Positions 13,150 to 23,970 of a stretch of 64,000 nucleotides of DNA are shown in pieces. Source of the stretch: Anolis carolinensis (lineage: Eukaryota). Location of the stretch: positions 228,858,107 through 228,922,106 of the forward strand of contig NC_085844.1 in assembly GCF_035594765.1 (NCBI RefSeq), in the 5' to 3' direction. Position 1 is the stretch's first letter. Each line of letters starts with the position of its first letter. The notes below the pieces were generated by a model that made no database searches, had not been told where the DNA came from, and saw only the letters and a program-made list of their open reading frames with translations. The position numbers and the translations under genes are program-made.

Positions 13150-14210
13150 TCCCCCACCAAGCAATGGCTGAGAGAGGAGTCGCCATAACAACCCTCTCCT
13201 TCTTCTCCTTCCTCCTCCTCCTCCTCCTCCCTGCTCGAAGGCAGCCAAGAGAAACAGCTGCCTAGCAGCCTCCCTCGCGCTGTTGCTCAGACAAGATGGC
13301 TTGGAAAAACACAAATCCCGAGGCTTCCTCGCCTCCCAGAAGGGCTTCAGTTTGGATCTGAAGCAGGATCCGTTCCGACGAGTAGGGCACCCCAACATGG
13401 TCCTCCAGGGACGGGGCCAAGAACTCCAACAAGCCCCCTGGGGCGAAGCGGAGATGCTTCCTTCCAGTGGCCTTTCCCGCCCCGGTACCAAAGCAGCAGC
13501 CCCTCCCCTGCCTGCCTCAGTTTCCCCACTTACTTCTTTGGCCGGGAAGGAAGGGGACATGGGCCGGGCGGCTCCTTACATCACGCTCCGGGCGAGGCGG
13601 GCGAGGAGGCAGCCTGGCGAGCTGGCACCGCGGGTTGGCATCCTGCCTTCTTGCTCGCCTTCCTGGCTTGCAAAGGGAACGGGAGGAGGACGCCTTGGCC
13701 AGGCAGGCAGCACCAAATCCCACCGAGGAAGAAGAAGAAGAAGAGCAAAGCGCTACTCCCAGGCTCCAGGATCGATCCAGGATCGATCACCTCGATCGCA
13801 TTTTGCAAGGCGCTCCTCCAAGGGCCTCGGGTGGAAAGGGGTCCTCCTCTGTTTCTCTCCTTTTCCCCAGCTTCTCATCCGCTGCAGCCCAAGCGGGAAT
13901 ACACAGAAGGAGCAGCGCAGATGGAAGACGCCTTCCTTGCTCGCTCGCTCACTCTCCGGGCTCCCTTTCGCTTCTTCTTGGCGGAGATCAACAAGTCCAG
14001 CCTCAGCCTCCGGCTCTGCCCTGCGATTCTGTCCCGGAGTTTTGGTTCGAAAGCATTGGAAGGAAGTTGGGAGCGGAATGGAGAAGGGAAGGGCGCCACC
14101 GTGAGGGCGGACGAGGCATTGCAAGGCGAGCTGATGCTTGTTTGGCTTCTCCCTTCCCTCCTTCTGGAAAGAAATGGGGAAAAATCTTGCGGTTTTTGTT
14201 GGTCCACAAA
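13150..14210 (-). promoter_or_regulatory. CpG island, probable distal KCNB1 promoter / non-coding first exon
   Basis: Only extended GC- and CpG-rich unique stretch in the window; minus-strand donor GAA|GTAAGT at 13533 (weaker GAT|GTAAGG at 13579); candidate acceptor TTTTTCTTCTTCTCTTGCAG at 6708 just 5' of the KCNB1 ATG. Confidence 0.65.
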
Positions 14211-14230
14211 TAAGCAGAGCTTGGGGAAAT

Positions 14231-14482
14231 TGGGTTGCTGTGAATTTCCCGGGTTGTATGGCCACGTTCCAGAAGCATTCCCTCCTGACGTTTCGCCCAC
14301 ATCTATGGCAGGCATCCTCAGAGGTTGTGAGGTCTGTTGGGAACTAAGCAAGTGGGGTTTATATATCTGTGGAAGGTCCGGGGTGGGAGAAAGAACTCTT
14401 GTGTGAATGGTGCAATTGGCCCCCTTGATTAGCATTGAATGGCTTTGCAGCTTCAAAGCCTGGCTGCTTCCTGCCTGGGGAA
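14231..14482 (-). mobile_element. Penelope-like element terminal fragment
   Basis: Closely matches 15826-16090; contains hammerhead motif. Confidence 0.85.
14284..14324 (-). ncRNA. Minimal hammerhead ribozyme motif in Penelope terminal repeat (core intact)
   Basis: Minus strand CCU-CUGAGGA-U-GCCUGC(CAUAGAU)GUGGGC-GAAAC-GUC^AGG: conserved core, 6-bp stem II, palindromic ACGU stem III. Confidence 0.75.
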
Positions 14483-14511
14483 AATTGTTTCTTGGACTAA
14501 TTGAAAAATTG

Positions 14512-15013
14512 TTTCTTGGGCACCACAGTTGAAGGGAGATGTTGACAAGCTGGAAAGCGTCCAGAAGAGGGCGACTAAAATGATTAAGGGTCTGGAGAAC
14601 AAGCCCTATGAGGAGAGGCTTAAAGAGCTGGGCATGTTTAGCCTGCAGAAGAGAAGGCTGAGAGGAGACATGATAGCCATGTACAAATATGTGAGGGGAA
14701 GTCATAGGGATGAGGGAGCAAGCTTGTTTTCTGCTGCCCTGCAGACTAGGACACGGAACAATGGCTTCAAACTACAGGAAAAGAGATTCCGTCTGAACAT
14801 CAGGAAGAACTTCCTCACTGTGAGGGCTGTTCGGCAGTGGAACTCTCTCTCCCCTAGACTGTGGTGGAGGCTCCTTCTTTGGAAGCTTTTAAGCAGAGGC
14901 TGGATGGCCATCTGTCGGGGGTGCTTTGAATGCAATTTCCTGCTTCTTAGCAGGGGGTTGGACTAGATGGCCCATGAGGTCTCTTCCAACTCTACTATTC
15001 TATGATTCTATGA
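14512..15013 (+). mobile_element. CR1 LINE 3' end, young
   Basis: ORF DVDKLESVQKRATKMIKGLE...KRRLRGDMI; tail ATTCTATGATTCTATGA. Confidence 0.93.
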
Positions 15014-15016
15014 CTA

Positions 15017-15290
15017 CAGTTCCCTTATCTGCGGATTCCACATCCATGGATTCAACCACCTGTAGCTTGAAAATATAATCACAAAATCAAACTTTGAGAT
15101 TGCCATTTAATGACACTATTTTGCAATGGTATTTTATATCTGTCAGAGTAATGCGCGTTCCTTCGTTCTGCGCTCAACTGACGTCATTCATCTGCTGCTA
15201 CGCTGTGCGCATTACTCTGACAATATCATGGGTCTTGAGCATCCACAAGGGTCCTGGAACCAAACCGTAGTGGATTTCAAGGCTCTGCTA
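15017..15290. mobile_element. Old Tigger-like MITE (host of the 82-bp element)
   Basis: Reverse-complement similarity to 59059-59295. Confidence 0.6.
15141..15222. mobile_element. 82-bp unclassified TG..CA mini-transposon
   Basis: Perfect 16-bp TIR TGTCAGAGTAATGCGC, 5-bp TSD ATATC. Confidence 0.85.
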
Positions 15291-15335
15291 TATATGCCTT
15301 TAAGTGACTTGTTGATTTATGGGGACCCTATAAAT

Positions 15336-15470
15336 CAGTGGTTCTCAACCTGTGGGTCCCCAGATGTTTTGGCCTTCAACTCCCAGAAATCCTAACAGCT
15401 GGTAAATTGGCTGGGATTTCTGAGAGCTGTAGGCCAAAACATCTGGGGAACCTCAGGTTGAGAACCACTG
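15336..15470. mobile_element. hAT MITE with SPIN-like termini
   Basis: TIR CAGTGGTTCTCAACCTG; perfect 8-bp TSD CTATAAAT. Confidence 0.9.
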
Positions 15471-15492
15471 CTATAAATTTCATAGGGTTTTC

Positions 15493-15691
15493 AGTACTGT
15501 TCCATTATCTGGGTGGAGGCCACGAGGAGGCGCTAGAGAGAAGGATAGACCATTTTACAGAGTAGTGGGTGGGTTAAGGAGTTAAATCATTTCCCTATTT
15601 TCCTGTTATTTCCCCCCACCCATATCCCTGTTGTGGAAACAACCCTCGCTTATGATACGGCAAAAATGGAGAAATGATTTTCATCCTTCAG

Positions 15692-15722
<31 letters not shown>

Positions 15723-15795
15723 ACACACCACAATGGATGATCCTTCTCTCTCTAGCACCCCCTAGTGACCTCCGCCTGAATAATGAAACAGTACC
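15493..15795. mobile_element. MITE with ~30-bp TIRs, tentatively Merlin-like; contains poly-C/(CA)n
   Basis: RGTACTGTTYCATTATYYRGGYGGAGGYCAC inverted termini; flanks GGTTTTC/AGTTTTC. Confidence 0.6.
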
Positions 15796-15825
15796 AGTTT
15801 TCTTAGGCAAGAAATAGTCAGAGGT

Positions 15826-16822
15826 GGGTTGCTGTGAGTTCTCCGGGCTGTATGGCCATGTTCCAGAACGATTACCTCCTGACGTTTCACCCACATCTAC
15901 GGCAGGCATCCTCAGAGGTTGTGAGGTCTGTTGGAAACTAGGCCTGTGGGGGTTATAGATCTGTGGAAAGTCCGGGTTGGGAGAAAGAACTCTTGTCTGT
16001 TTGAGCAAGTGTGGATGATGTAATTGATCACCTTGATAGCATTTGATGGCCTTGTAGCTTCAAAGCCTGGCTGCCTCCTGCCTGAGGGAATGCTTTGATG
16101 GGAGGTGTTGGCTGGACCTGATTGTTTCTTGTCTGGAATTCCTCTGTTTTCAGCGTGTTATTCTTTAATTGCTGTCCTGATTTTAGAATTTTTTTAAATA
16201 CTGGTAGCCAGATTTTGTTCATTTTCATGATTTCCTCCTTTCTGTTGAAATTGTCCACATGCTTATAGATTTCACTGGCTTTTCTATGTATTCTGACATA
16301 GTGGTTGTTAGAGTGGGTCCAGCATTTCTGTGTTCTAAAAAAAATATATGCTGTTGATTCATCAAGTGTTCTGCTATGGCTGACTTTTCTGATTGAGCTA
16401 GTCTGCAGTGCTTTTCATGTTCCTTGATTCGTGTTTGGGCAATGCTGCATTTGGTGGTCGCTATGTAGACTTGTCCACAGCTGCATGGTATACGGTAGAC
16501 CCCTGCAGAGGCAAGAGGATCCTCTTGTCCCTTGCTGAACGTAGGATTTGTTGGATTTTCTTCGTGGGTCTGTAGATAGTTTGTAGGTTGTGTTTCTTCA
16601 TCAGTTTCACTGTGTGCTCAGTGGTTCCTTTGATGTATGGTAAGGACAAATTTCCTCTGGGTGGATCTTGTGGTTTGTGCCTGGCCTTCTGATGTCTGTT
16701 GTTGAGTATCCATATATGTAGGTGAAACGTCAGGAGAGAATGCTTCTGGAACATGGCCATATAGTCCAGAAAACTCTCAGAAACACAGTGATTCTGGCCA
16801 TGAAAGCCTTTGACAACACATT
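15826..16822 (-). mobile_element. Penelope-like element, truncated, GIY-YIG endonuclease remnant with inverted terminal repeat
   Basis: Minus-strand LPYIKGTTE...LQTIYRPTKKIQQILRS, then GVYxxPCSCGQVY in a shifted frame; inverted pLTR piece at ~16712-16822; flanking duplication TCAGAGGTG. Confidence 0.88.
15878..15918 (-). ncRNA. Second minimal hammerhead motif in Penelope terminal repeat (core intact, G-U at base of stem II)
   Basis: Minus strand CCU-CUGAGGA-U-GCCUGC(CGUAGAU)GUGGGU-GAAAC-GUC^AGG. Confidence 0.7.
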
Positions 16823-16903
16823 ACTCAGAGGTGGTTTTGCCAGTTCTTTTGAAATATAGCCTATACTGTTGGGGATTGTAGATGATAAGTAGAAGTTCTT
16901 ATA

Positions 16904-17176
16904 TGTGCCCATGAAGCCAGAGTCACCCTGCAGAATGATGCACCATTCAGCTTTGCAGAATGAATAACACAGGAACCTTTACTAAGTCCAAGAGATTAAC
17001 AGAACAATGGTATTTACAATAATCCCTCTGATTACTTACAGAAATCAGCAGTCAGAAGCAATCCTTTCTTAGTCCATAAATCTGCTTCAGTGAAGACCAG
17101 CAGCAAACAAGGCCTCAGAAATAGTCAGGCCTCTCTGAGTATAGAGCCATCTTCTTCCCAGCCAGTACTCAGTAGA

Positions 17177-17210
<34 letters not shown>

Positions 17211-17354
17211 AAGAAACCTGTTCAAACCTGTTCTCCAGCAGCAGGACAGCAACAGTTGCAAACCCATTCCCAGGTCCTTGCAAACTGAGCCAATCGGCTT
17301 TATGCATTTGATTTTCTGGTTAACATACATATAGTATCTTTGCAAACCATGACA
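16904..17354. mobile_element. Possible solo LTR (Gypsy-like)
   Basis: TGT...ACA ends with TATA on both sides; internal (CT)n(CA)n; boundaries uncertain. Confidence 0.35.
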
Positions 17355-19464
17355 TATATCACCTGGTATTAGTTGATTTCCCTTCCAAGATTTTACCAGG
17401 GCCAAGGTTATTTAACTTCCAGGAACAAATGAGATCCTGGTGCCTATAGACGCCAGCTTAAAAGATCAGATTGCATAGTGTCTCTGTTTTAAAGATTCAT
17501 CCTCCCAGCTATGTTGGACTGGCTCTCATAGTTCCCAGCCAGTATAGTAATGTGGATAGCCCTGGAAAGCACCTGGAAGTTAAAAGCTGAAGCAGCAATC
17601 TATGGAAAAGAGTTGCTCTGAGGCATTGAATCCAGATAGATGCTGCCAACCAGAAAAGTCAGTATTTGGCTATATAAGCCAATAATAAGGCCAGCTTAAG
17701 GTGGCACCCTCTGAGCTGGAATTCTAAATGCCTTGGAAGCTTACAATAGAAACAGGTGTAGAAAAAAATCTTCTTAAACATATTCTCAGATCCTGAAAAA
17801 ATTACTTGTTAGCATGGCCAAAAGCTAAAAGCAATACAGATAACGACTATCCTGGTAAGGATCCTAGGGACTGTCATCCAAGAAAATAACTTTTCCACAC
17901 ATTCCCATCAACACACCTGCAGTTCTGTACTTATGAGGAAGTTCCTAAGTAATATAACATGAATTCCTGACAGGGTAAATTGCCAGAATTTCTTATTAAG
18001 ATAGAGAGCCAAAACCGGGGGGGGGGGGGGGGGGGGGAGGATGCAACAGGGATAAATGGAAGCTACAACATCTTGGCAGGACAAATGAAACTCACAAATA
18101 TAGGTTGGGTGACACCTAGGTACAAGTAAGAAGGATAGTAGTATTCTTAGTAGAATGCAAGTTGAATATGAATTTATAGTGTGATGAAGTCACCAAAAAA
18201 AGCTAAAGACTACAGTTAATTTAACAACATGTTGGTCCAGATGTTCAACATTCAGACTGAACAATTTGGCATTGAAGCAAACATATATCTTACCTCTTAT
18301 AGAAGTTTTGGAATATCTGCCCAGCAATAGCATATGATGATTGACAGAAAAATAGTGGAGATATATCAACAAATCAAGAAACAGATGTCATTAATGGAAA
18401 ATAATCAAGCACACACCAAATAAAAATTATTCATGTTGAATTTTTCCATTACATTTCAGATTGTTATTAATTGTGAGTGCCAGTTGATTGATGGTAGAGT
18501 CAGAATGCCCTTTAAATACTTACTTTGCTTTATCTTGGGATTCCTAAGAGTTTAATAACTTTGAGGCGTCTAAACTTTTCCTTGATTTGGAACATTTCCC
18601 CTTTAGCATGGCTCTACATTTCTTTGCCCTTACGGAACACCTTGGATTGTTTTCTTCATAGACCAACGGCCTTTGGCTCTCTCCAGTTGTCACCTTGTTG
18701 ACAGTCATTCCCCTCTATCTACCCAACTCAGCTGATTATTACAAGAACTGTCACTTAAAGAAGTCTATTAAGTGTCATGTCTTCTGGATATTCTGCTTTC
18801 AAGCTTGTTTTTGATGCTTCCATGCTACTTGGTGGCTTCTTTTGGCTAAAGAAGGAATAAAAATGATGATGATGTTGATGATAATGTTGATGCTGCTGAT
18901 ATGATGATAGGGAAAACACCTATGGGCCTTCCACTTGCCTGTGTCACTGAAAGTGAGGTTGGTCTGAACTTCATAGGTAGCAGAGCTCTACCAAATACTC
19001 ACAGTCTTATGTTTGCATTATCTTTCTACTAACAGATAACTTATTAGCAAAAGGTATTGTCCAACTTGATCCCTATCAGTGTATAATAAGTGTCAATCTA
19101 CAAACCACAGTAAATGATGTAATTATGTTCAAAATGGCTCACAGCCTACATTTAATAAGTAAGTAAGTAAAACTTTATATATATACTGCTCTATCTCCCT
19201 GAAGGGACTCAGGACAATTTCCAACAATAAATACAAACAACATACAGTTCATAAACAGCACAAAACACATTATTAAACAGGATAAAACCAAGTACAACTA
19301 AAATAACAATAAGCGACAGTCACAACAACCTTGTGTATTTGTTTAGAGGAGTCAAGCCAATGCAAAGCTGTATCTTGTGCTGCACTAACTATACATGGTA
19401 TTTCAATTCTGCTGCCTGGTGATGTCTTGTTGGGGTCTTATGCATATAAGTTCCCTATAGAAAT

Positions 19465-19731
19465 TGATCCACTATGGCGCAATGGGTTAAACCCTTGTGC
19501 CAGCTGGACTGCTGACCTGAAGGCTGGGTTGCTGACCTGAAGGTTGCTGGTTTGAATGTGTGAGATGGGGTGAGCTCCCATCTGTCAGCTCTAGCTTTTG
19601 GGGACATGAGAGAAGCCTCCCAGCAGGATGGTAACTCATTTGAGTGTTCCCTGGGTAATGTCTATGTAGATGGCCAATTCTCTCACACCAGAAGCTACTG
19701 GTTCTCAAGTCGCTTCTGACACGATAAAAAA
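19465..19731 (+). mobile_element. tRNA-derived SINE with putative Vingi-type tail
   Basis: A-box TGGCGCAATGG, tail GTCGCTTCTGACACGAT(A)n, 8-bp TSD ATAGAAAT. Confidence 0.8.
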
Positions 19732-20291
19732 ATAGAAATGGGTGATAATTTTTGTCCTATGCATAGCCTCTGTATTCAATTCAAGGTTGCGGAAATGGAG
19801 TTGCACAAGGAGGCACATTTAAAGCACAGTAAATAATCTTAATCTTAATTTTAAATTGTATGCTAGTGCTTTTATGTTAAGATGCTTTGAGTCTCCTTCT
19901 GGAGAAATAAAATGGGGTAATAATAATAATAATCATCATCATCTCCCCCAACTCTGTAAAAATTACAAAGAAAAATTAATGGGGTAGAGATTCTGCTATT
20001 CTACCTCTATGTGGACAAACATGGTTTTTGTATTCCCTGGAAACAACTATCCAGCAGAGCAGAAGAAATCACATTAAGTCAACTTGTTTATGTGCAAACA
20101 TGCACTGAATTGTACTGTAAAACTATCACAATCTCTACACGGGGTCTTTTTCACCATGTCAGAAACCTTTAATCTGGCATGTAAACTATTTTGATTTTTG
20201 TTCTGCTAAGTATGATGGCTGAAGAAGAGGTCTAATGAGTTTTCCATACTCCCCACAAAGTGTTTCCTTATTATGCAGTTAAGTTAGCTCA

Positions 20292-20442
20292 GAGCCCTTC
20301 CAGACAGGCTCTATATCCCAGGATCTGATCCCAGGTTTTCTGCTTCAAACTGGATTATATGAGTCCACACTGCCAAATAATCTGGAATAAACAGAAAACC
20401 TGGGATCAGATCCTGGGATATAAGGCCTGTCTGGAAGGTCCC
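20292..20442. mobile_element. Palindromic Harbinger-like MITE
   Basis: Long near-perfect hairpin arms; 3-bp TSD TCA. Confidence 0.85.
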
Positions 20443-20959
20443 TCAGTCTATCTGGACATCCAGGTTTGACTTCTGGTCTACTTTGAGTTAAGGGCTTGTA
20501 TAGACAAGACTTTAGTTTCACTGAAATGACCCTGTTCTAGAGTAAAGCATCTGAGCATGGAAATGAAAGCTATAAAATGTCCCCTAGATATTTCCCTCTG
20601 AACCTTCTCTTCTTCAATCATGTGTTTTATATCAAGCCATTATTTCTTAACAGCTGGTGGGAAAGTGGAATATTATGCGATATTTCCACTGTAGTCAGAT
20701 TTATAGATGCTAGCATCCATTTATAAGACTGCATTCACAAGAAGTGTGTTTAAATCATTTTCCCCAATTTTCTTTATCTGTAAATGGAATGAAGAGTCAT
20801 ATCAATTAGAATTAAAATGTAAATTATGTCTTTTTAAACTGCCTTCCACTTTTAATACCACTAATAATATTAATTGAGATACATGTGGATTTCAACAGCA
20901 TCACCATGCAGACTCCTTAGACTTTCTAGAAATTTGAGAAACATTTCATGATGGAGGAG

Positions 20960-21232
20960 TTTTTATTGTGTCGGAAGTGACTTGAGAACATAGTGCAAGT
21001 CGCTTCTGTTGTAATAGAATTGGCCATCTACAGAGATGTTGCCCAGAGGATGCCCAGATGTTACCATCCTGCTGGGAGGATTCTCTCATGTCTCCACAAG
21101 CTAGAGCTGACAGACGGGAGCTCACCCTTTCTCATGGATTCAAATTGGCAACCTTCAGGTCAGCAACCCAACCTTCAGGTCAGCAGTCCAGCTGGCACAA
21201 GTGTTTAACCCATTGCGCCACTGCAGCTGCTA
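20960..21232 (-). mobile_element. Second copy of the 19465 SINE family, inverted
   Basis: Reverse-complement match; TSD TGGAGGAG/TGGTGGAG. Confidence 0.8.
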
Positions 21233-22452
21233 TGGTGGAGGGTAATATTCCTTCTTGGGAGGCAAGGTCCTCATCCCCTTCCCACAGCTACACTCCTAAT
21301 AACTTGTCTTTCACATATATACTGTCTGACTGGGTGGAGGGAATCTGTACATTGCAGTCCAGAAAAGTATTTCTCCAAGTTCTGCAGCAAATCTTTAGTG
21401 GGGCTGGTCTCTGAACTTCTTATTCTTGGTTCTCTTACTCTTTTGTCCCCCTGTTCCACTCCTTTTGATTTCATTTTAATTATCAGTGCTGTTGTTAACC
21501 AACTTCTATACATTTGTATTTTTCTTCCTCTGAATTTAAGACATAGTGTACAAAGTACTGTTTGGACACTTGTACTTCATCACAACAGATAGGCTCAATT
21601 GAGGGAGAATCACCATCCTACTTGTCATCCCTCTCTCCCTGTCAGAGGATACATTGAGAAGTCAAAGAATTCTTTCATGTCTGTACTATGGGATGAAGAA
21701 CAATGGTTTTCTTGGTTTTGTTCTTAACCAATGCTAAGATCTCTTTAACCTGTACCTGTAGAGCAATTGCACTGCAATGTTGAAGAAGTAGTCATGGAAG
21801 GAGAAGTAATATTTCTTACAGGAAAATCCTTTTTTTATAAAACCAAGGCTAATATGTCACTGTTTTTCTAAGCGTACATTGAATACCAATACAGCACTTT
21901 CAGAGTCCTATATTGGTTCGCACAACCCCAATATGGCTTTTCCTACATGGAAACACTGAGTAGGCCTTCTTGTATTGAGTGTCACTAATGAAGATAAAGC
22001 CAGAGTACTAATAGCTCCTAAGTGTTGCAAACTGCTGTCCAAGGTAGCTCTATAGGTAAATCTATAGTTTGGTTACATTGCAGCTTAGGCAGCATGCAAT
22101 TTCTTGCAGGAAACTAAAATGCCACTCTGCTAGAGCTATGTCTAAACTCAGACCTCAAATTTTGCAAAGAGCATTTATGAAAAGGAGCATTTTGCAAATG
22201 GGCATATCTCTTTCTTTGTTGAGACTTCAAAAGAAATGAATACAGTCTACCTTTCACATTTGTTGGGTTTGATTATTTGAGGATTTGATTAAAACAGTCT
22301 CTTTAGGAATCTCTAGGTCCTTCAGTGCAACTCTTTAGGAAACTTCAATAGGAAAGATGAAAGAAAAACTGAAACTTTTAAAAAGCAGTTGTAGAAGTAG
22401 GATGACAAGGGATTAACCAGGACTGGGTATAAATTGAGCTTGAAAATTCACA

Positions 22453-22591
22453 GGCCCCTTCCACACAGCTGTATAAAATCCACGTTGAACTGGATTATAT
22501 GGCAGTGTGAAGTCAGATAACCTTGTTCAAAGTAGATATAGTGGATCATCTTCCTCGATATTCTGGGTTATAGGGCTGTGTGGAAGGACTC
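22453..22591. mobile_element. Palindromic Harbinger-like MITE (GGGCCCTTCCACACAG family)
   Basis: Inverted termini CCTTCCACACAGC/GCTGTGTGGAAGG. Confidence 0.8.
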
Positions 22592-23970
22592 ATAGTAATT
22601 CGACTACCATTGCAATTCTATTAAACATGGCTGACAAAAGCTATCTCTCATGTTGCATTTAGCAACTTTGGATCTAAAAGCCTTCACAATGTATGTTATA
22701 CCCAAGGTGTTTCTTGGAAATTTTAATAATGTAAAGGTTGCTCTGAAATGACCAATAAAAAGCAGCTAAAAACTTCTTTTTTTTTACTTTCCTGTTTTCA
22801 TAACATTCGCCTTCCCCTGGTGTTTCTGAGTCATATTATAGTACTTGTGGTTAGAGAAGTTTCATGCCAAGAGCTCAAAAATAATATATGCAAACTGTAA
22901 TTCTAGGTAAATATTTAATGATGCTAGCACCAGCTTATGGACAAAACAGCAAAAACGACCCAGAGGCATGGGAAAAGCAGCTTAGCAGAGGCTTCTTGGT
23001 AATTGGATACATTAAGTCCAGACCACAGACCCCAAAGAGCCATAAGCATCTGTTGCATTGTTAGCTTATTAAGACTCACTCCTCCATTGGATGCAGTTCT
23101 GTCTCAAAGCACCAAGGACCCACATTAAGAACCATGTGGCTCTTTGGGAAAGTTGATTTTCACATTAACAGATCTGCTTCTCTGTCTAATATATCAACAT
23201 TGAATATCAATGTCAAGAGGACTGTGATTTTTAATGAGAGCATGCCCTCCAGCATTTAACAAATGAAAGCCAAAATACATGTGGTCAAGATGGCAAAAGT
23301 AATTAATTTAGAGCTTGGCTGCCTGGCCATCTATCCAGACAGATTTGATTGTGTACTTGTGGCATGGAACAATAGGGTGCTGTTCCTGGGTTATACATGG
23401 CTGTTTCTATTAGCCACCTGCATGACTTTGGCTCTCAGTATTTCCATTCCTCTCCAGCACATCCATGTCCCAACATCCAGTAATAAGTTTTTGCCATTTA
23501 CCAAACTGTATTCATGTTGTCAGCATACACCCAATGAAGAACCAACATGTATAACCTTGCAACATCATCCTGTTGTTCCCTGGCACAAGTACACCACGAA
23601 ACCTATCTGCACAGATGGCCATACAACAAGGTCTGACTAACTAATGATGACATTATGTTCCTGTTTCGAAAGTGTCTGTTCCTGTTTCACTGTTGTACTA
23701 CTTAATGTGGAAGTACCTGTTGCATCCCAGGAACTTCATTTTTTTGCCACAAACTTCATTAAACAGGTGAAGGACGAAGTTTGTCTTCCCAGGACAAAGT
23801 TTTTGCCTTCTACTCAAGTGTCACCTTCTTTTTAGGAACTGACCAATCAGGAATAAACATCTAAAAGCCAGGAACAATTTTGTGATTTCCAATTGCAGGG
23901 ACATATAGACATGCGAAGATCCGGATATTCGGCTAAAAACCACGATATTCCTGGCAATCTCATGTTTTTT

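Noticed and set aside
13147-14705. Many long overlapping ORFs (up to 276 aa)
   Set aside because: Stop-poor GC-rich island plus repeat sequence; no recognisable protein
16712-16738. Third hammerhead on plus strand
   Set aside because: Only the GAAACGUC half is present; CUGAGGA is missing
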